DNA of 63,996 bases, filler included, from Hyphochytrium catenoides (GCA_900088475.1; 7 parts of 7 records of this genome joined end to end with filler, not necessarily neighbours in it); one strand, 5' to 3'. Counted from the whole stretch's first letter, positions 1-12,719 are shown. Numbers and translations: made by a program. Notes: generated by a model from the letters alone, not told the origin.

Positions 1-2399
1 TTCTTGAGGAATAGCCGCACGGATGAGCAGAAGGAGATTGATAGGAAAGCTGCTGCACAGCAAAGGAGGCTGTCGAGACACAGCCGCTCAGTGTTTGTCG
101 CTCCAAAAGGTAGGGGCTTTTGAAACCCCCAAAAACAGAAAATCCAAAAATTGAGACCCTCCTCGTACAAATCAACCCCCAAGCAAGCCTTCTACGTCTG
201 CATATCCAGACCCAGGGAGCGAACCGGAATATACTTCGCAGACCCTGTGACAGAGGAGATGATAGACCACTTCCAAATGCCCGAAGACAGTGTTGCCGAA
301 ATGCAACGCTTGCATGACATCGCTATTGCGGAGAGAATTCATTGAGATGAATAGAAAAGAAGCTACAGAGAGATGAATAGCTACGCCAGCAAGAAATGGA
401 GATACTGGGAATTAGCGTGTATCATTCCTTTTATAAATCCCAAATGGAAGCATTCTACTATGAAGAAAAGTAGAGAGAGAACTATTATGGAAGAGAAGAA
501 AATTAGAAAGAACAGAGAAAAGATAGAGAGAGAGGGAGAAGAAAAGTAGAAGTTATAAAGTACGAGAACTTAATCTCTTCAACGCCCTCACCACCTCCAG
601 CATCGTTGCCGTCAAAGAAAGAATATTATATTTGAACTTCTTCACGGTAACAAAAGAAACAAAAGGAGGAGAGAGAAAGAAGTCGCGCTACAAAGAGAAA
701 GAGAAGAAATAGAGAAGGACAAGACGATTCGAAACAAAAGTAGAGGATGTGAAAGATGAAGAAGAAAAGAAAGTAATAAGGGACGTGGATTACAACGTCG
801 CGGGCTCTTCAACACAACCTTCAATATCGCAAAGGAGAGAGGAATCGGCCCACTCGACAATAAAGCAAGCAAGGCAGACCCCAGCTGCTGAGAGGATATG
901 CTTTGGAAGAAAGGCCAATGAAGATATGTCCATCCTTGAGAGAGCTGCCTTCCAGGAGTTCTTAAACCCATCATCAGTACGACAGTGGTGCAGAAATATA
1001 TTATGTGGAGAGAGTTCCCAGAACGACAAAAGGCATAGGTTCATAAAGGAGTAAGCCCACAATAAAATCCCAGTACATGGTCAATATCAACCAACTCGTC
1101 TTTCTAATATTTTGACCACTAAACTGTCAAATGTCACTTGGACCGAACCACGCCCTACACGTCCAGAGCCTGATTCCGAGAAAATTAAGATTGGCCGGAT
1201 TCATCTGTAATAATGAAAGACGGCCAGGCGGCCCTGATGACACTCATAGTAAAACATAACAAACAAAACGGGCCTTCTTTTTGAGTTCAACTGCACACCC
1301 GTAACCTTATATTGTTATTATAACGATACCAGCTGCACGTGCAACTCTATGAACATGTCCACCACCACCTATAAGATACAAAGCAGCAAGACAAAAACAA
1401 TAGGCCCGTGTGTCGATAGATCTGATACCTAACAGAACAACCTCTATACCCAACAAACAATTTTACTCAGCATGGATCGGCCTCCAGCAGTAATCCAGTC
1501 TAATCTAAGTGAAAAGTCTGCTTATATCGATCGATCTGATAACAGGACGGCCTCTTTTCCCACCAAATATTACTATTAGCATGGATGGGCCTCCACTAGT
1601 AATCCAGGCTTAACCGAAGTGCAAAAGGGACGTCATACGCCCGGAAGACCTATATCCTACAAACCTTTCTTTTGCCGATGGTATATATGAAAGTCACCCT
1701 CTCCTCTCAACCTTATACCACACGGATGATACGACCTTATCAGGACACTCCGCTGAAACAAGGTACGTCACTCTTTGATATTCAGTCGAATTTCTATGAC
1801 TAAGAAATGATAACGAGCCTCTCCCCATTCCCATAAAAAGAAGAACTTCAATGACTAAATACAGGATACAGTACTGTACCAGTAAAGTGTGAAAACAACA
1901 TCCACCCCACTCTACAAATCGCTGACTGAGAAAAAGTCGATCTGCAAGGGCTAATCGTGTAAAGGACGCCCAATCCCTTCCCATTAATTCTCGTAATATA
2001 CTACTGCTAGTCCAAACCCTATACATCACCCAGATATTACTCTACGACTCTTCTGATAATCTGAGCCATGACGGTCCGCTCCTAAAGTGTAGCCTACGAT
2101 TACTCTAATAGCCAGCAAGAATATCCCACTGCGTCCATAGGAGCCTATAAGCTGAACAACATTGTACAAGCAGGATACGTGGCATTGGCGCTGGCGCCCA
2201 TCATGAGCAACGAGGCAGTAAAGGGTGGAGTTGACCAACTGCATACGGGTAGAAATGATATCCAAATACCTCTCATTGTCACTTCCAACAAATACCCAAG
2301 CACTTCATTCTCAAAATTCCAATCAACTGGACATCATCTACAACCACCAAAGCCAAACAAGTATTGATTCCACGGAGAGCTACGTGTAACCTGACAACA

Positions 2400-3681
2400 A
2401 TGGCTTCAACAAATACGAGATCGGCCGCAACCGAGAATACAACTAATGGACCTGCAGCGCCAAAGAGGAAAGCCCGACCCACGACGTCAATAGTAATACA
2501 CCGAGCATCAAAGACGCAGAAGATACCCGACCCCAGCCCATCAAACGCACCAAGCAGTCCCACTGCCACCCCCCCGAAACAAAATTCCTCAACAATATCA
2601 GCAACAAATAGCAATGAGACTCCAGCAACCCCCTCCGCCATTCTTCTTATTACTACGGCAGCTCCTACTTCGGAAGATCCGTCTTCATTATTAACACCAC
2701 CACAACAAAAGGCGAAGCCGAAGCCGCTTCTTAGGCTTAAAAGCCCTATCCTTAAGGCCAAGGAGGAGAGGATTAAGGGTATCACCTCTCCAAATATACC
2801 GGTTGGAAGCGTTGAGGGTGCCATCGTAGCAAGGTCTTACATGAGGCAAACGGCAAGTGGACAACAGTATTGGACGTTCATCTTACAAGATCAAGACGAC
2901 GGGAACAACATAAAAGTTGCACTATTTGGCAATGATGCCAGACAGTATGATGGTACACTCAATGTTGGACAGGTAACCATGATTCTCCTCGCAAATAACA
3001 CAATACTAGTACTCCGTAGCACCAATCTAACGCTGCTGGCTCCTTAAATGTGCAAACTTCGACTTCAGACTATTACTTTGAAGAACACGACCACAAAACT
3101 TTTGGCATATGGTGATAAATTCACAAACGCCAAGGACGTCTCAACTGGAAAGCCGATTGAACTTCGATTTACCAGAACGACAAACGTCAAAGTTATATCA
3201 CCACATCCTGGTTCAGAGGGAGCCAATCATTCAAAATATAGCAATATAACCACGTAAGCATCACAACCTAAAGAACGCAATCTTATTAACGTACTTACTA
3301 ACGGTAATGTTGATCACAGGATAGATTCAATTCTACGGATGACCAAGGACGAAATTGAAAATTCTACGGATGACCCGTAAGCCAATGAAGACCATTCTCG
3401 CTATATTAACCACAAGTAGCTAACCCTATTTTCAACAGGTTACCACGTTCCAGCTTATGGATGAGTCTTCGAGTGAGAAGCTGCAGTGCGTGATCTGGAG
3501 CCAGGAGACTTTAAATCACTTTCAGGCCACCATTCTGTCAAATGAAGATGCCGATGAAGTTGAAGAGGATGGACATGAGGTGTTCTCGCTTACAGGTGTG
3601 TTACCATCCTGGAACACATTTACAAACAAGATAACGCTCAAAACGACAAGCCTCACTTATGCATCGCGATTGTTGCAATAA
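2400..3681 (+). CDS. RPA70-like tandem OB-fold ssDNA-binding protein (multi-exon, possibly degenerate)
   Basis: OB-A-like segment YWTFILQDQDDGNNIKVALFGNDARQYDGTLNVGQ|TITLKN...IELRFTRTTNVKV across a GTAACC..TTCAG intron. OB-B-like segment VTTFQLMDESSSEKLQCVIWSQ...VFSLTGV. Exon phases around 3255-3440 do not resolve cleanly. Confidence 0.6.
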
Positions 3682-3794
3682 GTGCCACTAAGGCTTAATT
3701 AATCTAAAGTAGATCAACTACCGGACAAGAACCCTACTTTATAGAAGTATATTAACCGCAGTAAATGAATACGAAATTGATTCCTTATGTATGA

Positions 3795-3980
3795 CAATAA
3801 ACAGCCCCTTTCCTTTACATCTCAGCTACAAAACGATAGAGGAGAGAACAAAGGAATCGAGCGAAGCGGTTTGATGCCTTCCCAGCGGGAGGGCCTTGAG
3901 TCTGTTCGCTTCGCTTGAGTCGTTAGCCGAAAAGCGTAGCGTTTGTGCCTCCCAAAGGGTAGGGGTTTTACAAACCCAAA
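3795..3980. repeat. Hairpin-rich dispersed repeat module (copies at 6450-6586 and, in part, 86-135)
   Basis: Near-identical GAGAACAAAGGAATCGAGCGAAGCGGTTTGATGCCTTCCCAGCGGGAGGGCCTTGAGTCTGTTCGCT at ~3844 and ~6491. GTAGGGG(C/T)TTT..AAACCC hairpin at ~110 and ~3959. Confidence 0.85.
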
Positions 3981-5114
3981 AAATAACAAAACAAAAAAGC
4001 AACAATACAAGGAATCTATGCGACGAAACAAACAAAATCAAGGTTATACACAGCCATGGGGTGGAAGTCAATAGACAGAAACCCTTGCAATAATGGAATT
4101 CGTACATCAAGGTAATGGAATAAAAGGAGAACAGGAACAGCTTTCAAGCATAAAAACCTAAACACTATTTCTCTCGTTTTGTAGCCAGAGACCTCACTCC
4201 ACAAAACTAAAAGCTTACAATCTGCCTGAGAACAGTCCATCATTAGTCGTTAGGCTTAAAATATCGAAATGGTGATTAATTTATATTGTGTGTCTGTGCG
4301 TCTGACTGACTGTGCGTCTGTTACTTCGGTAGTAGTAGTAAAACAGTTAACATGATACCATATCCCATGGCATTATGAGCTATGTGACCTTTGATTAATA
4401 TAGTACGCTACGCAATGAATTACTGATTTGGATGTAAAACAGTTCCTGATACATGAATATTCAGCCCAAGTTGACGTCCGTTATTATACTGTACACTTGT
4501 AAACGAAAAAGGCTTGAAGCTTGTTTGGGAACGCCATGCGTTGCTTGTTGCTTCTTGCAGCTGATGACGGAAGAGACGTGTGACAGCTTCTTCCATATCA
4601 TTCTTCCTGCCTGTTTATTCTATCATCACCTTCTATTAGAGAAAGGAGAAGGCAGAAGAAGACGAAGGTGGTGAGGAGGGGAGATGCCAAACAGCAGCAC
4701 AAAAGTGAAGAAGGAGAAGAGCGAGAAAAACGTCGAAGGAGCTATGGCACAAAAAATAAGAACTTATAGAGGGCTGCAGTGCGTTGCTTGTTGTTGCGTG
4801 CGGCCGAGGATGACAGAAGAAGTCGTGTGAGAGTTTCTTCAACTTCTAAACTGTGTGTTGATTGTACGTGCTCACGTAGGAGGACGAGGCACAAGGCCTA
4901 ATAATGAAGCGCAGACTTAAGAGAAGAAAGTGACAACGGCAAAGAAGGTCACAGGGGGGAAGAAGAAGAGATAGAAGAGCGAAAAGATGGTGACGGAGAG
5001 GAGATTGTCAACAAAGAGCAGCACAAAACAGAAGAAGAAGGAGAAGAGCGAGGACCTAGGGATAAAAAGAGGGACAAACAATCTACTTCCTCTTCTTCTG
5101 CCGCTGCAGAACGA

Positions 5115-5990
5115 ATGAGGAGATACCGAGCTGCCCGGAGTGACGAATTGAAGGAATTGGATCGAAGAGTAGCTACCGAGCGAAAGAAAGTACTGAGGAA
5201 TAGCCGCACGGATGAAATGAAGGAGCGTGATCGCAAATCTATGGCGGAGAGGATGAGATTATTCAGAAACAGCCGCACGGATGAAGAGAAGGAGCGTGAC
5301 CGCAAATCTGCCGCACAGAAGAAGAGATTGTTTGAGAAACAGGCGCACAGATGATGAGAAGAAGGGTGATTGCAAATCTGCTGCTGCAGTAAAAATGAGG
5401 CTGTCAAGGAACAGTCGAACGGAAAAAGAGAAGGAAAGTGGACGAATTGCAGCTGCTGAACAAAAAACGGTTTTGAGAGCCAGACAATCGGAGGAGAAAT
5501 AGGCAGTTGAGCGGTTGGTGGCTAACACTGAAAGGACGAGAATCGTGAGGAGCCGCCAAGAGGAAGAAGCAGTAGGAATAGATGTTGCCGAGGGAAGGGA
5601 TAGTGGTGAGGAGACAATGGATGGTGATAATACCGTCGATAACATCAGGGCTCCTGCGGTAAATTCAACGGAGAGGGAATTGAACAGAAGAAGAAGACAG
5701 GCGCCTTACACAGCCTTAGATGTGTTGAGCGTTGAAGAACAGCAGCATATCTTGGCAGCTGAAGAAGTTTTTATTGTTACAGAAGAGGATAAAAAGCGAG
5801 TTCTTGAAGCCTGCCGCCCGATGGTTGAGCTTGAAGGCTTAGTAGATGAGATTTGCTGCGTGTGCGATGCTGGGTACCAAGGATCAACCGACAACGCATG
5901 CATAAATTACCCGCTCACTGATGCTTTGGTTGAGGTAAGAGAGCTCATCAAACAAAGAATACGGCCCCTAGATTTGTGCTACAAAGGAGG
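5115..5990 (+). pseudogene. STPR-like 23-aa repeat protein with CCVCD motif (Helitron-type N-terminus), frameshifted
   Basis: Units such as RNSRTDEMKERDRKSMAERMRLF (23 aa) repeat, with further copies at 1-87 and 6260-6450. Frameshift near 5330 and TAG at 5500. Downstream EICCVCD. Confidence 0.55.
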
Positions 5991-6029
5991 GGGAGAAGAA
6001 GAGATAAAAGAAGAAGATCGTGAGGGAGG

Positions 6030-6260
6030 TGAAAATGTCAAAGAGCAGCAGAAAGCAGCAGCAGAAGATAAAGAGGGAGAGCCTACGGACAAAAGGAAGG
6101 GCAAAAAACAAACCACTTCCTCCTCCTGTTGTGCCGCTGCAGAACGGGAGAATGTCAACAAAGAGCAGCAGAAAGCAGCAGCAGAAGATGAAGAGGGAGA
6201 GCCTACGGACAGAAGGACGGGCAAACAAACCACCTCCTCTTCTGCCGCTGCAGAACGGAT
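6030..6260 (+). repeat. ~115-bp tandem duplication related to 5005-5115
   Basis: ENV(N)KEQQKAAAED(K/E)EGEPTD.R.GK..QTTSSS..AAAER encoded twice in a row. Confidence 0.85.
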
Positions 6261-6586
6261 GAGAAATACCGAGCTGCTCGGAGCAACGAAATGAAGGAAG
6301 AAATGGATCGAAAAGTAGCTACGAGCGAAGGAGATTTTTGAGGAATAGCCGAAGAACGGATGAACAGAAGGAAGTTAGTCGGAAATCGGCTGGAGAAAAG
6401 AGGAAATTGCTGAGAAACAGCCGCACAGCTGAAGAGAAGGAGCGTGCGCCAATAAAGACAGCCCCTACATCTCAGCTAAAAAACGATAGAGAGAACAAAG
6501 GAATCGAGCGAAGCGGTTTGATGCCTTCCCAGCGGGAGGGCCTTGAGTCTGTTCGCTGAGCTTTTTAAAGCTCAGTGTTTGTCGCT

Positions 6587-6686
6587 NNNNNNNNNNNNNN
6601 NNNNNNNNNNNNNNNNNNNNNNNNNNNNNNTTAATTAATTAANNNNNNNNNNNNNNNNNNNNNNNNNNNNNNNNNNNNNNNNNNNN
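6587..6686. other. Artificial contig spacer
   Basis: 44N + TTAATTAATTAA + 44N. Identical spacers at 8842-8941, 10679-10778, 41517-41616, 45219-45318 and 61684-61783. Confidence 0.98.
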
Positions 6687-6854
6687 GAAGACTCCCTCAC
6701 AGGAGTTATCTCTGCCAAGGCTGCCCGTATGAAGTGCATTGCGGTGCCTGAGGCCTTTCCCTGCTCGGAAAAGTTCAAGGTGGCGGATCTGTTGGTGAGA
6801 AGTCTTGACGAGGTGACATTTGAAGCTCTGGAAGCGCTGGTTGCAACCCGATGA
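6687..6854 (+). CDS. HAD-superfamily phosphatase, C-terminal fragment (YniC/HxpB/beta-PGM-like), truncated by contig start
   Basis: EDSLTGVISAKAARMKCIAVPE...FKVADLLVRSLDEV* matches HAD motif IV (EDSxxGxxxAxAAxM). Confidence 0.85.
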   Translation, partial: EDSLTGVISAKAARMKCIAVPEAFPCSEKFKVADLLVRSLDEVTFEALEALVATR

Positions 6855-9479
6855 TGCCCTTCAAGATGATGCCTCCCAGAAGTGCAGAAGTGTTACTGGA
6901 GTCTCCGTAAGGACCAAGTTTGGGCTAGCTGAGAGACTCTGTCACGGGAGCTTGAGACCTGTATGACTGGACGCCTTTGTGGAACGGTCCTCCACGTAGA
7001 CTGTGAACGGTTCCTGGGGGTCATACAAAGCTGTCTGCGGAGGCGAGCGCATTCTCTCATCAGCTCTACGGGTCACCCTTCCTTCTTCTTCTGCTTCCTC
7101 TTCTGCCGAGAGCCAGGAAGGTGCAGGCCGATCTGGGGAGAGCCCTTCCGTTCTCCTCAGTGCGCTTCGATACTCCCCCATCAAAAGGCGCTCTAGAGCC
7201 GTCAGCTCTTGAGAGCTATGAGACTGCGCCCGTGGTGATAGAGGAGGGAAGGAGTTAGCGCCCAATGTAGGGATTGAGGAGCAATCGTTGGTCCACTAAT
7301 ACTAATATACCTTAAACTCAAACGTGAAGCGCCCTACACCAATCAGTCCCCCGCGTGGAATTGGTTCAACTTTGCCCTTGATAGTCCCCTTGCTACCTGC
7401 GAGTTAGAGGCACATTCAGTGCTTGCGAAGAATAGAGAGAGCAAAACAGTAGCACAAGATTGGCAGCGATTCAGGAATTGCTGGTTGAGGAAGGGGTGCA
7501 GATCAGTGGTAAGGAAGTCTTCTCACCCAAAAGTCCAGGTTTAGAGATCCTGGGTCCGGGTGGATGGATGAGATGAAGAGGTATGGAGAACGAAGTGAAC
7601 CAGAAGCTCCGACTTGAGGGATGAGTCACATAGATTATTCTGAAGTTCGAGATATATATAGTCCCTTGCGCAGCCCAGTAAGCACCTCCCTCGCCAGGAT
7701 AACCCCTGTGCAGTGCAACAGTGGCTGGGTCAGAACAGAGAAAGAGAGGAGAAAGAACTTCCCGTCCGGCCCTTCACTTACGCGCCGCTTTCGATGTCAA
7801 ATCTGATGTCTGATGATACGTAAGCAACTCTCTCAGCACTCGAGATCAGTATCGGGTTTCCTGTGGAGGCATCTATATCTGGGTTTACGCTCATGAATGG
7901 CAAACCTCTTGGAGAGAAGCTGCAAAGACAGTCGGTCCACGTTGTTTCCCAGGACAAGCTAGCTATTCTCCCTACATAGAACCTCCGCCGCTTTTGTCGG
8001 GATCAGCATGACTTAAGTTTGTCTTCCACTCTCAGCAGTTTGTCAGAGTCCTATGAAGGCCAATAATGGCAATGATAACGGACAATATTCGAGAAGAAGA
8101 AAGATCTTCCGTAACTCTTCCATCATCGGCTGCTGAGATCGCCATCTCAGTGCTTCCATGAGCGCTGCCGAAACTGTAAAAGTAAGAGCTCAAAGTGTAT
8201 TTTACTTTCCGCAGAATGCAGCTTTCAGGTGATATGACGAGCTCAGTTGGCGCCCCATGATTGGATAATAGCTATTGCAGTATCCCACATTCACCACGAG
8301 AGAATAAGGAAGTCCCACAACAATGCTTCAACAAGAAACGTTGAACCTACCACAAAGCTAACAGGAACTACACAAAACCCACCAGATAACTCCCCGAAAA
8401 TCACACTATCAACCCAGCTATCTACCGCATTCTTGGTTCAAACCCTCGTAGAAACCGTTTTGTTCCCCCTGCGCTTTGGGATTTATTCCCGATCCTTCTG
8501 AAGTCAGATCCTCGGTTCGCTAACATTCTTGCCTCGGAGATGATGACACGGCTCGCCCGCCAAGAGACTCTCAGTGCCTGTCCTCATCAACATGCAAGGG
8601 CAACAGACCGCGCCAGCTGGTGAGACCGCGCCTCCCAGCCGGGCACTTACATGTCAGCAGACTCCATCTCGCTCACTCCTGATCAGCGCTGTCATCGATC
8701 GCTCAAAGAGTAGACTCTCATCAGCTTCCAAGTTGCCAGTTGTTATTGAGAAAGACATACCTTCTTCCCTCTACTAGTCTAGATACCATGAATGCTCTAA
8801 GAAGACTACAGGTGAAGAATGTGCTTGGATCCCAAAGCAAGNNNNNNNNNNNNNNNNNNNNNNNNNNNNNNNNNNNNNNNNNNNNTTAATTAATTAANNN
8901 NNNNNNNNNNNNNNNNNNNNNNNNNNNNNNNNNNNNNNNNNCTCGGAGACGGATCTCTCGCTGTTGGAGCGCTCAGGAGGCGAGGGTGGACGGCTGCTCT
9001 CTTCTCTCTCCTTCTTAGCATAAATGCTCTTCAGATCATCGCCCGCAGGCTGTACGACTACCAAGAGAGAAGAGGGACAGAGAGAGTCAGCGCCAAGAAG
9101 AGAGAGAGAGAGGGACGGAGATGAGAAAGGAGAACAGACGAGAGAAGGAAGGCACAGGCGGCGACAGAATGGCAAAAAAGCAAAAGAGAGAGAGAGAGAG
9201 GGAGAGAGGCAGGGAAAAAGAGAGAGCAACGGGAAGAGAGCAGAAGTGAGATGACTGGCAATTGGGCTGACCGACGGGGCGAAGCTTTAAAATAAATAGT
9301 GAAGAGACAAGGAAGAAAAGAGACAATCGGCAAGGGGACGAGCGTTGAACTCACGGCAGGATGGCGAGAGAGAGAAAAGGGAAAGCGATGCGAGAGGAGG
9401 TCAACGTGGAAGAGGAAGACTAAGGGCAAGAGGAACAGAGGCAAGTACAGAGAGTGATGGAGAGAACGAGGCCGACCGG

Positions 9480-9515
<36 letters not shown>

Positions 9516-9897
9516 GACCTCGACCTCTGAGTGAGATGAGAGAGAAAGTGTGGACGAAAGAGACAGAGAGAGTAGGGGAAGAAGACAACGATGATCGATG
9601 CCATCCCGCACCTGAAGGCGGTAGCGACTCTAGCTTCTGGTTCGGCATATTGCGGCGATGTTTATCCTCTGAAGCAATAGATAAAGGTCTGGGCGGAGAG
9701 AGACAGGAGAGATAGAAAGAGAGGGGGCGAGTAGAGAGCGGAGAGATTGACGAGACGAACGGAGGGCCAGGGGGAGAGAGAGGACAGAGAGCGGGTAGAG
9801 AGAGAGAGGGCAAGAGAGAGTGTGAAAGAATTGTAGGGAGAGAGAGAGAGAGCGGACGAATACGGGGAGAAAGAGAGAGCGGATGAATAAAGGGGAA

Positions 9898-9945
<48 letters not shown>

Positions 9946-10495
9946 AAAGAGAGAAAGAGAGAGTAAGAAAGACTAAGATATATATGTGTGTGTAGGTACT
10001 GATGAGAAAGGCAGGGGAGAGAGGAGAGACCACGGATGGAAGCAAGGGAACAAGGAGGAGAGGAGTCGTGGAGAGAGAGAGAAAGAGAGAGAGCAAGGAG
10101 AGGAGCATAAGGACGGGACACGTCGCTGGTATGGCCTACGTACCTCCTTCCGTGTGCAGACACCACTCTCCTACCGTTGAGCAGTCCTCTCACTCCGCCC
10201 AAGGGCTGCCAGTCCGCGGTCCTGGGTCTCTCTCCCTCTTTTGTCACTGAAAAGGAAAGGCAGGAAAGAGCAGGGAGCTTCACTGCTTCTCCGTCTCTCT
10301 TCTCTCTCTTGCTGGCGCTGCTATCAGATGTCTGGACCGCTTCCCTGGCTAACATTAGAAACGAAGAGGCAGAGGCAGGTCCATGACATTCGTGGCGCAG
10401 CTGGAGGAAGAAGTGTCTGCCGATAACCAAGGGTCTACTCTTCCTCTATAGTTACAGCTAAGCCTCTTTTTCTCTTCTCTTTCTCTTTCTCTCTG

Positions 10496-10533
<38 letters not shown>

Positions 10534-11281
10534 GTCTCCCTCTCTCTTGCAACCTAAACTTTAACTCCTTAAGAGCGAGTAGATCTGCAATCGCTCGTTG
10601 TAGAAGATAGATCTAGAGAGAAAGACGAGGGGAAAACGGAGGGCGAGTAGGATTGAACTCTGTGAGAGCACTGAAAGTNNNNNNNNNNNNNNNNNNNNNN
10701 NNNNNNNNNNNNNNNNNNNNNNTTAATTAATTAANNNNNNNNNNNNNNNNNNNNNNNNNNNNNNNNNNNNNNNNNNNNCTCTCTCCCCCTCTCTCTCAAT
10801 CTCTCTCTTTCTCTCTCTGTCCGTCTCTCAGCAATCAGCTCCTCTTTGGTAAGCTTCTTCTCGTCCCATCATCCCCAACTACTCTGCTCGCAAAGGACCT
10901 TATCCTCCTATCTCATCCCCTCCGCTCCTCCGCTGCCCTCGCCACCTCGTCGTGTGTCTCTCTCCCTCTCTCTAGCTATCAAGGATCTACCTATCTATCT
11001 ATCTGCCTATCTCCTACTTATCTATCTCTATCTCTTCCCTTGTTCCAGCTTACTCGCCGTTGTGCCACCCTCCGTAGAGCATTAGTCCTTTGGCAAGCGA
11101 GGTGCCTGACTAGCTTGACAACCTTCTCATTGGTCACGATCGTGGCACCTCTTCTTCTCAACAAAGAGACGAACAGTCAAGGGAGAGACAAAGAAGCGAC
11201 AAGACGAAGAGAGAGAGAAAGGCGAGGATAGACAGATAAGGGAGAGGTTGACAGTCATCAGCGTAGATCTGCCTCGGAGTG

Positions 11282-12719
11282 ATGGCAAAGAAAGGAGCAG
11301 ACCAAGCGGAGGACTGGTACGCCGTCCTGGGCGTAGAGTTCGGCACCGATCTGGCGACAGTGACAAAAGCCTATAGAAAGCTAGCGCTGAAGTACCATCC
11401 AGACAAAGGAGGCGACAAGGATCTCTTCCACAAGCTCAGCGAAGCATACCAAGTGCTAGGCGATGAGCAGAAGAAAGAGAAGTATGACAAGGAGCAGAGA
11501 GCCGTCATCAGCAGTAAGAGGAGGCAGAAAGAGCAGATGGACAAGATGGACGCGAAAAGGAGAAAAATGCGTGAAGGTAACTGCAAGAAACGCATTAACT
11601 TCAAAATGCCCTGAGTCCTAACCTCTGCCAATCTGGCCAATCTTCACTCTGCAGACTTAATGAAGCGCGAACAGAAGGCCGCGGCAGCCGAGAACGTCAG
11701 TAGGAAAGAGCAAGTCAGTGCGCACGCCGCGAAACTGAATGAAAAGCTACGGGTAAGGCTTTCTTTGGAGACTGCCACTCCGTCTCTCACCGAGTACACT
11801 CTCTTCTGTATCAGTCTCTGGTTCTTTTTCCTTAACCCCTGCTTCTATCGCTGCTTTCGATGGGCTACAGCGTTCGTTCTTCCTCTCCCTTTGTCATCCT
11901 ATCGGGACTCTCGCCCACTATGCCCTCCCCTTAGCAGCTCCTTTCCCTTGCATTCGCTCTCTCTTTTCTTCCCTTTTAACCCTTTCCTCTTGTTGCTTGC
12001 AGATCAATAGACTTCGGGAAGAGAATGCTAGGCGGATGGAGGAAGAAGCAGAGAGGAGAGCCAGAGCCCAGGCAGCGGCCAAACAGCCGACAGACGGCTT
12101 TATCTCTCCTTCTCCTCCTTCCGTTTCCCGGCCGGCGCCTCAGTCTTCTTCTCCTCTGGACACGCGCGCTGCGATCAGAGTGAAGTGGAAGCGAAAGGAT
12201 ATCAGCCAGTCCGATGACAGCTTGGCGATAATCTTCAGAAAGTACGGAGAGATTCTGCAGATCTCTATCAGTGCTAAGGGAACCTCCGCCAGGATCCTCT
12301 TTACATCTCCTCTGTCAGCTCGCTCAGCTGTGAAGGGAGAGTATGGAAGCGACATGTGGAAAGATCTCTACGTTATTGGTGACCACATGGCGACGGCGAA
12401 GATGTGGGATGAGACAGAAAGAGAAAGGGGAAAGGAGAAAGAGGAGAATCGCTCTACAGAACGAGAGAAAAATATTCCTCCTTCTACACGGCATGACGAC
12501 TTCGAGAGAGAAGTTCTTAGGAACCTACAGAGAGCAGTAAATCAGCAAAAGGTAAAGCCTTCGCAACCTTCTCCCCCTTCCTCTTCAGCTACTGGGCTCT
12601 TTGCCGCTGCAGGTCAGCAGGAGAAAGGGAAAGAAGAGGCTGCTGGCGGCGACACGATAGATGAGGAAGAAGTGATGAGGAGAATGCTGGCAGCTGCAGC
12701 TGCAAAGAAGAAGTCATAG
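11282..12719 (+). CDS. DNAJC17: DnaJ homolog subfamily C member 17 (J domain + RRM; Cwc23-like)
   Basis: Exons 11282-11576, 11655-11752 and 12003-12719 join in phase with GT-AG introns. J domain with HPD (KYHPDK). RRM-like segment IRVKWKRK...IFRKYGEI. Confidence 0.85.

Larger units (their letters stand above)
1..6586 (+). mobile_element. Decayed, internally duplicated Helitron/Helentron-like region
   Basis: Co-occurrence of an RPA70-like OB-fold gene, 23-aa periodic charged repeats followed by a CCVCD motif, and a hairpin-rich module present three times (86-135, 3795-3980, 6450-6586). No Rep or helicase motifs are visible in the contig. Confidence 0.55.

Noticed and set aside
6587-6686. Recurrent TTAATTAATTAA palindrome flanked by Ns (six copies)
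   Set aside because: Fixed 100-nt assembly linker with stops in all six frames. It is not biological, and adjacency across it carries no synteny information.
9058-10552. Long Ser/Leu- or Arg/Glu-rich ORFs in the ORF track (also ~18300-19240, 28500-30200, 45260-45700, 48950-49370)
   Set aside because: They are translations of (CT)n/(GA)n microsatellites, which lack stop codons.
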